DNA of 49,784 nt from Planctomycetaceae bacterium. Its GTDB lineage: Bacteria > Planctomycetota > Planctomycetia > Pirellulales > UBA1268. The notes beneath the pieces were generated by a model, which saw only the letters and a program-made list of their open reading frames with translations, was not told where the DNA came from and did not search any database. The DNA is taken from contig JBJSXB010000257.1 in NCBI GenBank assembly GCA_046086245.1, positions 1 to 49,784 on the forward strand. Reading direction: 5' to 3'. Below are positions 34,950 to 43,914 of this stretch, one piece after another. Made by a program: the position numbers and the translations under genes. Each line of letters starts with the position of its first letter. Positions within the stretch are counted from its first letter, which is position 1.

Positions 34950-36434
34950 TCAGGCGACGCGCTCGAGGATCTCGTCGAGCAGCCGGGCCAGCGCGCTGCC
35001 ACGGAACGGCGTTTCCATCACTTTGCGCCGTCCATCGACCGTCGCCCGCTCGACGAGCTCGGCTTGGCGCTGGCCGACGAGCAGCACGGCGGGCACCTGG
35101 GAGAAGAACGGGTCTTTGGAAAGCGTGTTGAACGCCTCGACCGCGGGGGCACCGAGCGACTGCGCGCAGAGGACCAAGCCGTCGGCGGGCACCGGTGTCG
35201 TGGAGAAGCGTGCCAGTGCCCGCTGCGGATTCTCGGTGAGCAGGACCTTGTAACCGAGCTTCGTGAAGAACTCCCGCAGTGTCTGCTGCGAGCGCCCCGG
35301 TCGCTCGACGAGCATGATCGATCCGCGCATCACCGGCTTGGGCCGTTCCGGCGCCGCGGCGCCGGAACGGGCGGCGGGCGCGGCGGCATGGGCGACGGCG
35401 GCTCCCGCCTCACCGCTGTATTTTTCCAGCAACTGGTCGAGCGCCCGCTTGGCGTCGGTCACCGTCTGCCAGCGTTCCAGCGGATCGAGATGCATCATCC
35501 GGCCGACGCAATCGACCACGTCGCGGGGCAGCGCCTGATTCCGTGTCGTGAGGGGCACCACCGACGTGAACCGCCGCGGATCGCCGCGGACGTTCCGGTC
35601 GCGCGACTCGACGAGTGCCGGTGCGCCACCGAGACAGAGGTAGGCCAGCGTGCCGAGGAAATAGACGTCGCTGCGGATACCGTCGTCTTTCATCCCCGAG
35701 AGCTTCTCGAGGGTCGCGTAGTCGAGCGTCCGCGGATGCTCGACCTTGCCGAGTGATTTGTCCCCCGTCTCGGCATCGATGCCGGCGAGCCCGAAGTCGA
35801 CCAGCTTGGCCTTCCCCAGCGAGGAGACGAGGACGTTGGAAGCCTTGAGATCGCGATGGGTCACCCCGCGGCGGTGGGCGTACTCCAGGCCGGCGGCCAT
35901 CTGCACGACGAGATCGAGCCCCTTCACCAGGTCGAGTGCCCCGCGGATCCGCACCAATTCGCGCAGCGTCTGCCCTTCGACGAACTCCATCGTGATGTAG
36001 CTCGACGTGTGCTCGAGACCGACGTCTTCGATGGCGACGATGTTCGGATGACGGAGCAACCGCCCCATCTCCCCCTCGCGCCGGAACGACTTGCACTTGT
36101 CCGCGTCGGCGTTGTATCGCGCCCGCAGGACCTTGACGGCGAGGATGCCCCCGTCGACGGTGCTGACCGCCCGGTAGACGCGTGCGAAGGCACCCGCGCC
36201 GACCTGGTAGAGCACCTTGGCGGTGCCGTAGTGGTACCCGCGGCGATCACCGCGCAGCAGGCGGTCGAGCTGATAGTTGGTCAGCAGTTCGCGGCGCAGC
36301 AACAAGGCGCCCAACTGGTCGATGGGCACGTTTTGCCCGCCCAGCTCCGACCAGGCCTCGTTGAGCGTGGCCGCCGGCACCAGGTCGAGTTCCTGGGCGA
36401 GGTGGGCGAGCTCCTCGGCGGTGGTTGGCTGCAT
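34950..36434 (-). CDS. Hanks-type Ser/Thr protein kinase with C-terminal receiver-like domain
   Basis: Inner ATG (MQPTTAEEL...). Kinase motifs: GAGAFARVY, AVKVL, HRDLKASNVLV, DFGLAG. The C-terminal ~125 aa align by eye to a CheY-like receiver. Confidence 0.9.
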   Translation of the reverse strand: MQPTTAEELAHLAQELDLVPAATLNEAWSELGGQNVPIDQLGALLLRRELLTNYQLDRLLRGDRRGYHYGTAKVLYQVGAGAFARVYRAVSTVDGGILAVKVLRARYNADADKCKSFRREGEMGRLLRHPNIVAIEDVGLEHTSSYITMEFVEGQTLRELVRIRGALDLVKGLDLVVQMAAGLEYAHRRGVTHRDLKASNVLVSSLGKAKLVDFGLAGIDAETGDKSLGKVEHPRTLDYATLEKLSGMKDDGIRSDVYFLGTLAYLCLGGAPALVESRDRNVRGDPRRFTSVVPLTTRNQALPRDVVDCVGRMMHLDPLERWQTVTDAKRALDQLLEKYSGEAGAAVAHAAAPAARSGAAAPERPKPVMRGSIMLVERPGRSQQTLREFFTKLGYKVLLTENPQRALARFSTTPVPADGLVLCAQSLGAPAVEAFNTLSKDPFFSQVPAVLLVGQRQAELVERATVDGRRKVMETPFRGSALARLLDEILERVA

Positions 36435-36639
36435 GGCGTGACCCTCGTCGAAGTTTACCCTACGCCCCGTGCCAGGCCGGGCCGCCCGCCGCCGCCGCCG
36501 CCGCTGCCGCGGTCGGCCACAACTCCCGCGAGAGTCGGCCGTTAGCACGCCGCCGGAGAGCCCACGGGAAGCCGATCTCGCCGGATGACGCCGACTTGGT
36601 CTGGAGCCGGGTCGGCGAAGACTGGTAGGAGTCCGGCGC

Positions 36640-39600
36640 ATGGCCAACTTGCCCGGACACCCTCCGCTCGCTTTCTTCCGCCGCGGTGGGTCACCGCCGG
36701 CCGGCGGCGCCCCGCTGGCCTCCCGTGCCTGCCTGGGCGTGGCACTCGCGGTCGCCAGCGCGACGGCGGGATGGTCGGCGACGATCGACGAGCCATTCGA
36801 GACTCCGCAGCCATGCTGGCGGCTCGCCGAGGCGGACGGCGGGCCACGGCTCGTGGAGCAGCAGCGCAGCACCGTCGCCCCCCACCGCGGGCGCGCCTGC
36901 GAGCGGCTCGTGATCGACACCGGCGCCGGCTCCGTGTTGCGGCTGGCGCTGGAGTTGCCGGCGGCGCCGGCGATCGACGAGTGGCGCGCGAGCCTATGGG
37001 TGCGTGCCAACCGTCCCGACATCCGTCTCGCCGCGCGCGTCGAACTGCCGTCGTTTCCGCGGGCGGCTGACGGTCGCGCCGTGGCGGTCCTCGTCCCCGG
37101 CACGATCTCGACCGACATCGACCGCTGGGAGTCGCTGTCGGTCGGCGGGCTGCCGGGCGGGCTCCGGCGCCAGCTGCTGGCGCTGCGGGCGGAGCACGGT
37201 CCGGCCGGCGATCTCGCCGGCGCGGTGGTGACGCACGTCGTGCTCGAACTCTACTCGGGCCCGGGCCGCTACGAGGTGGCGCTCGACGACCTGCTCGTCG
37301 AGGGGGCCGTCGCGATCGACACCCATGCCGCCCCGTCCGCCGACCACGCACCCGCGCGGTTCGCCGCAACCCCGCCGGCCCGCCCGTCGCCAGCCGACGC
37401 CGAGGCACCGGTGCGTCTGGCGAGCCACGCCGATCCGGGCGCCCCGCCCCCCGGCGAGCCGCCGGCGGGCTTGGTGCGCGGGGTGCTCGAAGTCGCCGGG
37501 AGACCGTTCTTCCCCCGCGCCATCGACCACTCCGGGGAACCGTTGGCGTTTCTCGCCGGCCTCGGGTTCAACTGCGTCCGCATCCCCGTACCCGCGTCGG
37601 GCGATCTGCTCGCCGAGGCGCGCGGCAGCGGTATGTGGGTGATCTGCCCCCCGCCGGTGCTGCCCGACGTCGACATTCGCGACCCGGCCGCGCTTCCCGC
37701 CTTCTCCCCCGCCTGGGACCGCGTGATCGCTTGGGATCTCGGCACCGGCTTGGCGGAGGAGGACGTCGACGGGTTGGCGGATCGCGCCCGGCGCGTGCGC
37801 ACCTGCGACCAACGCCCCGGCCGGCCGCTGTTCGCCGCGGCCGACTCCGGACTGCGCAGCGTCTCGCGGCACGTCGACATGCTCGTGGGGCGCCGCTCCG
37901 TGCTGGGCACGAGCCTCGAACTCGACGACTATCTCGCCTGGCTCCGCGAACGCGGACGACTGACGCGGCCGGGAACGCCGATCCTCGCCACCCTCGCCAC
38001 CGAGGTCGATCCCCGTGCCGCCCGCCAGGCCGGCGCCCTGGCGGGCGTCGGCGGCCGCGGGTTGGCGGTCGATCCGGAGAGCCTGTCGCTGGCGGGCTAC
38101 GCGGCGGTCTCGGCGGGCACACGGGGCATCCTCTGCAGCTCGTCGCGACGCCTCGACGGCGACGACCCGCAGAGCCGCGCCCGCGCCGCCGCCTGCCGGA
38201 TGCTCAACTTGCGGCTCGAGGTGCTCGACGCCTGGGCGGCCGCCGGCCGGTTCTCGGCCGCCGCCCAATCGTCCGACCCGGAGATTCGCGCGATGGTGCT
38301 GGAGGCCTCGCGGGCCCGCATGGTGGCGGTGTGGAGGTCGGTTCAGGGTTCGCAGATCGTCGCCCGTCGCTACCGCGGCGACATCCCCGACAACGCGCCG
38401 CTCACGTTGCTGCTCCCCGGCGTGCCGGAGGCACACCGCTGCTGGGAGGTGGGGGCGGGCGGCCTCAAGCCGCTCCGGCAGCGGCGCGTGGCGGGTGGCG
38501 TGTCGGTGGTGCTCGACGGCTTCCTCACCTCGACGGTGATCCTCGTCAGTGGCGATCCGACAGTCGCGGCGCAGGCGCAGGAGCAGGTCCGGCTCCGCCA
38601 GACGGCGTGGCTCGATGCCAGCCGCGCCGAGGCCGCGCTCGCCCTCGCCCACGCCGGTGACCTGCTCGCGCGCCTCCCGCCGACCGCGCTGGGCAACCTG
38701 CCAACGGGCGACATGCTCCGCCACGCAAGCGGCCGCGCGGCGGAGGCCGAAGCGCTCGTCGGCGCCGATCCGGCGGCGGCGATCACCGGGTTCCAGACCG
38801 CCGCCGCCGTCGCCGGCCAGGTGGAACGCCTCGCCTGGGAGCGCGGGATCGTCGCCGCCGGATCGATGGTCTCCGATCCGCTCGCGACGAGCGACGCCAC
38901 CCTCGCCGAACACTGGCGCTTCGTCTCCGCTCTGGCCGGTGCCGGCCCGGGAGCGGAACTCCTTCCCGGCGGATCGATGGACCGCGTGGACGACCTGGCG
39001 ACGGCGGGGTGGCGGCACTTCGTGCTCGCCCAGAAGACGATCCGCAGCGGCGTGGAGATTTCCCGAACGCAGCCGGCCGCCGGCAGCGGATGCCTGTTGC
39101 TCCGCGCCGAGGCGGTCGACGCGGCGCTCGCCCCGGCCGTGGTGGAGACCCCACCGGTGTGGGTGACGACGCCGCCCGTGGCCGCACCCAGCGGGAAGCT
39201 GTTGCAGATCGAAGCCCGCGTGTGGGTGCCCAAGCCGGTCCGCGGCAGCGTCGACGGGCTGCTCGTCTTCGATTCCTTCGGCGGACCGGCACTGGCGGAG
39301 CGGGTGGCCGCCTCGCCCGGTTGGCGACGGCTCATCCTCCACCGGATTGCGCCCGAGGACGGCCTCGGCGAGCCGCTCGTGGTCACGTTCGCGCTCACCG
39401 GGCTGGGCGAGGCGCGGATCGACGAGGTGTCGGTCCGCGTGCTCGAACGGGGACTGGGCGGGACCGGCACCACGACGATCGCCGTCGACGGCGCGACCAC
39501 CCCGTTTCCGTCACCCGAGGCACTCGTCGGCGACTCCGGCCCGGCGCGGCTCCCTCCCCCGGCGGCGGCCGACGACCGCGGCGGACCGCGTTGGCCGGGC

Positions 39601-39732
39601 ATGGATCTCGCCTGGCCGCGCATCCTCCCCTTCGGTCAAAGTGGCAACGAGCCGCCGACCGGTTACGGCGGCGGACGTGTCGATCCGTTCAAACGCGTGG
39701 AGTCGGCCGCCGATCAGCCGGTGGCGCCCTGA
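36640..39732 (+). CDS. Large (1030 aa) exported protein, function unknown (possible glycoside-hydrolase-like TIM-barrel segment)
   Basis: AGGAG upstream of the ATG and an N-terminal signal-like segment (ACLGVALAVASATAG). The internal segment FLAGLGFNCVRIPVP resembles the GFN.vRip block of clan GH-A enzymes, but the match is weak. The antisense ORF 36994..39342 is an Arg/Gly-rich shadow frame. Confidence 0.6.
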   Translation: MANLPGHPPLAFFRRGGSPPAGGAPLASRACLGVALAVASATAGWSATIDEPFETPQPCWRLAEADGGPRLVEQQRSTVAPHRGRACERLVIDTGAGSVLRLALELPAAPAIDEWRASLWVRANRPDIRLAARVELPSFPRAADGRAVAVLVPGTISTDIDRWESLSVGGLPGGLRRQLLALRAEHGPAGDLAGAVVTHVVLELYSGPGRYEVALDDLLVEGAVAIDTHAAPSADHAPARFAATPPARPSPADAEAPVRLASHADPGAPPPGEPPAGLVRGVLEVAGRPFFPRAIDHSGEPLAFLAGLGFNCVRIPVPASGDLLAEARGSGMWVICPPPVLPDVDIRDPAALPAFSPAWDRVIAWDLGTGLAEEDVDGLADRARRVRTCDQRPGRPLFAAADSGLRSVSRHVDMLVGRRSVLGTSLELDDYLAWLRERGRLTRPGTPILATLATEVDPRAARQAGALAGVGGRGLAVDPESLSLAGYAAVSAGTRGILCSSSRRLDGDDPQSRARAAACRMLNLRLEVLDAWAAAGRFSAAAQSSDPEIRAMVLEASRARMVAVWRSVQGSQIVARRYRGDIPDNAPLTLLLPGVPEAHRCWEVGAGGLKPLRQRRVAGGVSVVLDGFLTSTVILVSGDPTVAAQAQEQVRLRQTAWLDASRAEAALALAHAGDLLARLPPTALGNLPTGDMLRHASGRAAEAEALVGADPAAAITGFQTAAAVAGQVERLAWERGIVAAGSMVSDPLATSDATLAEHWRFVSALAGAGPGAELLPGGSMDRVDDLATAGWRHFVLAQKTIRSGVEISRTQPAAGSGCLLLRAEAVDAALAPAVVETPPVWVTTPPVAAPSGKLLQIEARVWVPKPVRGSVDGLLVFDSFGGPALAERVAASPGWRRLILHRIAPEDGLGEPLVVTFALTGLGEARIDEVSVRVLERGLGGTGTTTIAVDGATTPFPSPEALVGDSGPARLPPPAAADDRGGPRWPGMDLAWPRILPFGQSGNEPPTGYGGGRVDPFKRVESAADQPVAP

Positions 39733-40484
39733 GCGTCCGCGCCTCCGGCCCGATCGTCGGCGGGGAGCGGCGTCCGGCGCGACGGCCTCGTCCGGACGGC
39801 AGCGCGCAGCACGCGGCGCGGCGACCGCGTGCGCCGATGCAACGCGGCCCGACCCCGGCGGTCGAGTTCTCCGAGCAGTCGCGTGCAGGTGGCCACCAGC
39901 GCCTCGTCGTCGAGCCGCGCGATCTCGTCGGGATGCACGAGGGAGCCGTATTCCACGCGTGTCCGGCCGGGCCGCGGCAGCCACGCCGTACGCGGCCAGC
40001 ATTCCCACGCCCCCACGATCGCCACCGGCATGATCGGCACGCGCGCCTTCCGGGCGATCGTCACGAAGCCGTTCTTGAGCGGTGCCGGCGTGCCGGTGGC
40101 GGTGCGCGTCCCCTCGGGAAAGATGATCACGGCGGAGCCGCCCCGGAGCCGCGCGATGATCGCCTTGAGGGCCGCGATCCCCGGCGCATTGCGATCGATC
40201 GGCACCGCGTCGAGGGCGTCGATCAGCCACCCGAACGGCCGGAAGCGGAACAGCGAACTCCGCGCCAAACTGGAGAGCCGCCGCGGGGCGGAGACTCCCA
40301 ACAGCACCGGATCGAGATGGCTTTGGTGCGTCGCAAGGAGCAGAAGGCCGCCCTCCTCCGGCATCGGCTCCGCGAACCGGGCGCGGATCCCCCACAGCGC
40401 CAGGCACAGCGCCCGGCACACGACCCACGACGCGTCGTAGACACGGCGGCCGACCGGCGTGTGCGCGGACCGCGGGGTGGTCAT
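39714..40484 (-). CDS. plsC: 1-acyl-sn-glycerol-3-phosphate acyltransferase
   Basis: H(X4)D acyltransferase motif ATHQSHLDPVLL, plus the FPEGTRT and PIMPVAIVG blocks. Confidence 0.85.
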   Translation of the reverse strand: MTTPRSAHTPVGRRVYDASWVVCRALCLALWGIRARFAEPMPEEGGLLLLATHQSHLDPVLLGVSAPRRLSSLARSSLFRFRPFGWLIDALDAVPIDRNAPGIAALKAIIARLRGGSAVIIFPEGTRTATGTPAPLKNGFVTIARKARVPIMPVAIVGAWECWPRTAWLPRPGRTRVEYGSLVHPDEIARLDDEALVATCTRLLGELDRRGRAALHRRTRSPRRVLRAAVRTRPSRRTPLPADDRAGGADAQGATG

Positions 40485-41146
40485 CGCTCCCTCCGGCCAT
40501 GGCGGCGCTCGGCGACCAGGGCGACGAGCCTGTCGACGACGGCCTCCCTCGAGAGGTGATCGGTGTCGAGTTCGACGGCATCCGCCGGCATGCGCAGCGC
40601 TCCGACGGCCCGCGACCGGTCGTCGACATCGCGGCGGTCCTGCTCGGCCAACACCGCGGCGAGGGTGATTCCCGGGCGGCGCTCGCGCTCCTCGGCGAAC
40701 CGCCGGGCCGCACGGACCTCGCGGCTGGCGGTGAGGTAAACCTTCAACTCGGCTTGGGGAAACACCACCGTTCCCTGGTCGCGCCCCTCGGTGACGAGAT
40801 CCACGTCGTGGGCGATACGTTGCTGCCTCGCGACGAGCGCGGCGCGCACGGCCGGCCAGTCGGCGACCCGTTTGATCGCCTCGTTGACGGCGTGGCTGCG
40901 GAGTTCCTCCCCCGGGGCGGCGTCATCGATGAGGACCACCCCCGGCCGAAACGTGAGGGCGTCGGACGCCGCCAGGGCGGCCAGCGCCGCGCCATCGGCG
41001 AGATCGAGCCCGCGCCGCAGCGCCGCCAGCGTCACCGCCCGATACATCGCCCCGGTGTTGAGATGGAGCCAGCCGAGCCGCACGGCGAGACCCTCGGCGG
41101 CCTTGCTCTTGCCCGAGCCCGCAGGCCCGTCGAGCGTGACGATCAT
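40481..41146 (-). CDS. cmk: Cytidylate kinase
   Basis: Inner ATG with GGAGG 7 nt upstream. MIVTLDGPAGSGKSKAAEGLAVRLGWLHLNTGAMYRAVT is the canonical Cmk N-terminus (iaiDGPagsGKsT...l.....ldtGamYRa). The stop overlaps the plsC start (ATGA). Confidence 0.9.
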   Translation of the reverse strand: MIVTLDGPAGSGKSKAAEGLAVRLGWLHLNTGAMYRAVTLAALRRGLDLADGAALAALAASDALTFRPGVVLIDDAAPGEELRSHAVNEAIKRVADWPAVRAALVARQQRIAHDVDLVTEGRDQGTVVFPQAELKVYLTASREVRAARRFAEERERRPGITLAAVLAEQDRRDVDDRSRAVGALRMPADAVELDTDHLSREAVVDRLVALVAERRHGRRER

Positions 41147-43704
41147 GCCGACACCTCCGCCGCGGCGTCGGCGAACCGCAGTTCGAGGAGCGTCCACCCG
41201 TAGCGGCGCATGTGGAACGTCGTCCGCGGCCCCGCAACCACCACCGCCGGTCCGTCGACGGTCCGACCGAGGGCGTCGCACACTCGGGCGCTGGCCACCG
41301 GCAGGGGCCACTCGATCGCGACGTCACCGGCGCGGCCGGCCACCTCGAGAACACCGACCGTGATCGTGCCGGGCGCCGTGCCCTCCTGCGGAACCCAGCC
41401 GGTCAGCCGGACGGTGTCGGGAACCCCGGGCGCCGGCGCGGGCAGCGATCCGTCCGGCGACGCGGTGAAGGCGAGGCCCAGGTCCCACGGCCGGCGGATG
41501 CCGATGCCGACCGCGAGTCGAGCGCTGGCCGACCCGCTCCCGGCTGCACCGGGGGCGCCGCCCGGCGGGGCACCGTCGGCACCGGGGTCGGGAACCCCGT
41601 CGGGAAGGAGGCAATCGATCATGTGCGGACTGGAGCGCACGTGCCACGGCAGGCCGCCGGTGAGGATCGTCGTGCCCGACCCGGAAGCCGCGGCGCCGGC
41701 GACGATCTCGAGAAAATGCGGGGCCGACAGCAGCGTGCGCTCGCTGACGACCGACTGCGTCGCCTGACCGCGACGGACGTCGACGTCGTCGTTCTCATTC
41801 CAGGCGAACCGGCAGCAGGGATAGGCCTCGAGCCACGGGGCGCCCTCGCGCCGGAAGCCATCGACGGCCACCTCGATCCGCACCAGCGGCAGGCGCGCGT
41901 CGATGGCCACGCGTTGCCGGAAGCGCCCGACGTCGCGATCGCCGCGCAGCAATTTCCCGCGGCTCTCCAGCACGCCGTCGGCATCGCGCTCGATCGCGTC
42001 GGCGACCATGCGGGTGTAGTCGGCCCGTTCGAGGGCGTCCTCCCAAGGTGCTCCGGCCGCCGGTGCCGGCCGCGTGGTGCGGATCGCGAGCGCCTGGGAA
42101 AGACGGTTGCCGCGTTCGCCGCTCGCCCGGACCGAGAGGATCCCGCCCGTCTGGGGATGGACGCGCACCCGCAGGCCGCGCGCCTCGAGGACGAGGCGGT
42201 CGGAGGCCGCGCGGCGACGCCATCGATCGAACATGCCGCGGCGCGCGGCCGGCACGCGCGGTCCGGCGACGGGCGGCGCCTCCTCCGCGGGAGGCCCGAG
42301 CAGGCCGACGGCCGCACGGGCGGCGAGCAGGTCGCGAGCCTCGTCGAACGCCTCGGCGCGGCGCGTGGCGACCGGGTCGCCCGAGTCCGCCGGCCCCGGC
42401 GGGCTGGGGGGATAGGCATCCGGATCGAGGCCCACCGCGCTGCCGGCACCGGTGGTGCGTCGGAAGAACTCCTCCGGGCCGACGAACCGCCCGAGCACAC
42501 CGGTCCAGGTGCTGATCCGTCGCAGATCATCGAACCAGCGGCTGGCCGTGCCGGCATGATGGGCGAAGGTGAGCACCGCCGTGTGATCGTGATCCATCGC
42601 GTCGCCGAGCCGATCCGCGAGACGGAGGATCGACGATGCGTGGCGGGCGTCGAGCGGTTTCTTCGCCACCGCCTCGATGCTGCCCCCCCCTCCTTCCCAG
42701 CGGATCCGGCTCGCGCCCGGTTCCGGCGACGGCGAACCGTCGAACTGGTTCCACACCGCTCCCTCGTAGCCCAGCTGCTGGAGGATGTGCGGCAACAGCG
42801 GGCTCGAGCCACCGGAAAAACGCGCGAAGCAGCGCGGCGTCGCCCCGAGGTGATCGCGCCACGCGCGCCGCCCCCGCACGAACGATGCCAGGATCCGCTC
42901 GGGGGTCCACGCGTCGAGCGGTGCATCGTCGTCGCGCCCTCCCGCGGGCGAAACCCGTCCGTCGGCGATCGCCTGCCGCAGCCTGGCGGCCAGCGCCGCG
43001 TCGGTGGCGGCCAACCGTTCGACGAGCGCACCGGTGGCGATGGCGACCCACGGCGTCGGTGCGGCGAGTTCGCCGGCAAGCCGACCGCCGAGCGTGGTCT
43101 CGGCGAGCAGCACGAGGTCGAGGAGCCACACGTCGACCGGGTAGTAGTGGCCGCGCGCGGCCTCGAGCGTCGCATACGCCTCACCGAGGCGCTCGCGTGC
43201 GACGGCTTCGTCGCCACCGACGGCCGCGCGGGCGGCGGCGACGACGGCGGCCTCCAGATCGGCTCCCCCGCGCGCCGCGCCGGAGCGCATCCGCCGCGCG
43301 AGGAGCTCGGCGAGCAGCCAGGCCAATCCGAGGGCGTGGAAGTCAGCGGCCAGCGGGGGGGCGATCGGCGGGAGACCGCGCGCCGCGCGCGCCTCGGCGA
43401 CGATCGCCTCGCGGTCGCGGTGGCCCCGGACCCATGCCGATCCCGCCGGGCACGTCGCCGCGCGGAACGCTTCGACGCGTTCGTCGCACGAGGGGGGGAC
43501 GATCGCCAGAAACGGCGCGTCGTCGTGCGGCGGCACCTCGGCGCTCGCCCAGCCGGGCATCCGGCCGACGGCGTCGATGAGCGCCGGATCCCAGGCGGCG
43601 GTCCACGCCGCGAGCAGCGCGTCGGCCTCCGCCTCGTCGAGCCACGTGGGGAAGTCTTCCAACGAGTGGCAGGGGAGAAAGACGGCGATCCGCTCGATGC
43701 CCAT
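41143..43704 (-). CDS. Conserved-looking 853-aa protein, function unknown (possibly GH38/alpha-mannosidase-like architecture)
   Basis: Inner ATG (MGIERIAVFL...) of the 1656-aa track ORF 41143..46113. Upstream of this ATG, that ORF is antisense to the PilM-like gene. The C-terminal pattern LVLEARGLRVRVHPQTGGILSV... resembles the beta-sandwich domain of GH38 enzymes, but no catalytic motif was recognised. The stop overlaps the cmk start. Confidence 0.6.
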   Translation of the reverse strand: MGIERIAVFLPCHSLEDFPTWLDEAEADALLAAWTAAWDPALIDAVGRMPGWASAEVPPHDDAPFLAIVPPSCDERVEAFRAATCPAGSAWVRGHRDREAIVAEARAARGLPPIAPPLAADFHALGLAWLLAELLARRMRSGAARGGADLEAAVVAAARAAVGGDEAVARERLGEAYATLEAARGHYYPVDVWLLDLVLLAETTLGGRLAGELAAPTPWVAIATGALVERLAATDAALAARLRQAIADGRVSPAGGRDDDAPLDAWTPERILASFVRGRRAWRDHLGATPRCFARFSGGSSPLLPHILQQLGYEGAVWNQFDGSPSPEPGASRIRWEGGGGSIEAVAKKPLDARHASSILRLADRLGDAMDHDHTAVLTFAHHAGTASRWFDDLRRISTWTGVLGRFVGPEEFFRRTTGAGSAVGLDPDAYPPSPPGPADSGDPVATRRAEAFDEARDLLAARAAVGLLGPPAEEAPPVAGPRVPAARRGMFDRWRRRAASDRLVLEARGLRVRVHPQTGGILSVRASGERGNRLSQALAIRTTRPAPAAGAPWEDALERADYTRMVADAIERDADGVLESRGKLLRGDRDVGRFRQRVAIDARLPLVRIEVAVDGFRREGAPWLEAYPCCRFAWNENDDVDVRRGQATQSVVSERTLLSAPHFLEIVAGAAASGSGTTILTGGLPWHVRSSPHMIDCLLPDGVPDPGADGAPPGGAPGAAGSGSASARLAVGIGIRRPWDLGLAFTASPDGSLPAPAPGVPDTVRLTGWVPQEGTAPGTITVGVLEVAGRAGDVAIEWPLPVASARVCDALGRTVDGPAVVVAGPRTTFHMRRYGWTLLELRFADAAAEVSA

Positions 43705-43914
43705 AGGGCCCGGATTGTACCGATGCACGGGTCGGTTTTCAGGCGCGCGTGACGACGGAGCGGCGTGCGTCACCGCCCGTGTGCGGCGGGTTTGACATCG
43801 CGTCAGCGGCGTTCGTAAAGTGCATTCGGTGGGGGCGTCGATGTCCTTCCCCGGGGTCCCGCCTCCCGCTCCTCTCGGCAGGCCCTTCACGACGCCCGCA
43901 CGGAACACGCCGTC

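Noticed and set aside
43750-43815. GTGACG-N13-CGTCAC and TGAC-ATCGC-GTCA inverted repeats in the pilM-like upstream region, sharing the GTGAC/GTCAC pentamers with the 25-bp tandem repeat
   Set aside because: Pentamer palindromes of this composition are expected by chance many times in 50 kb of GC-rich DNA. There is no extended similarity to the 25-mer, so this is too weak to call a shared operator.
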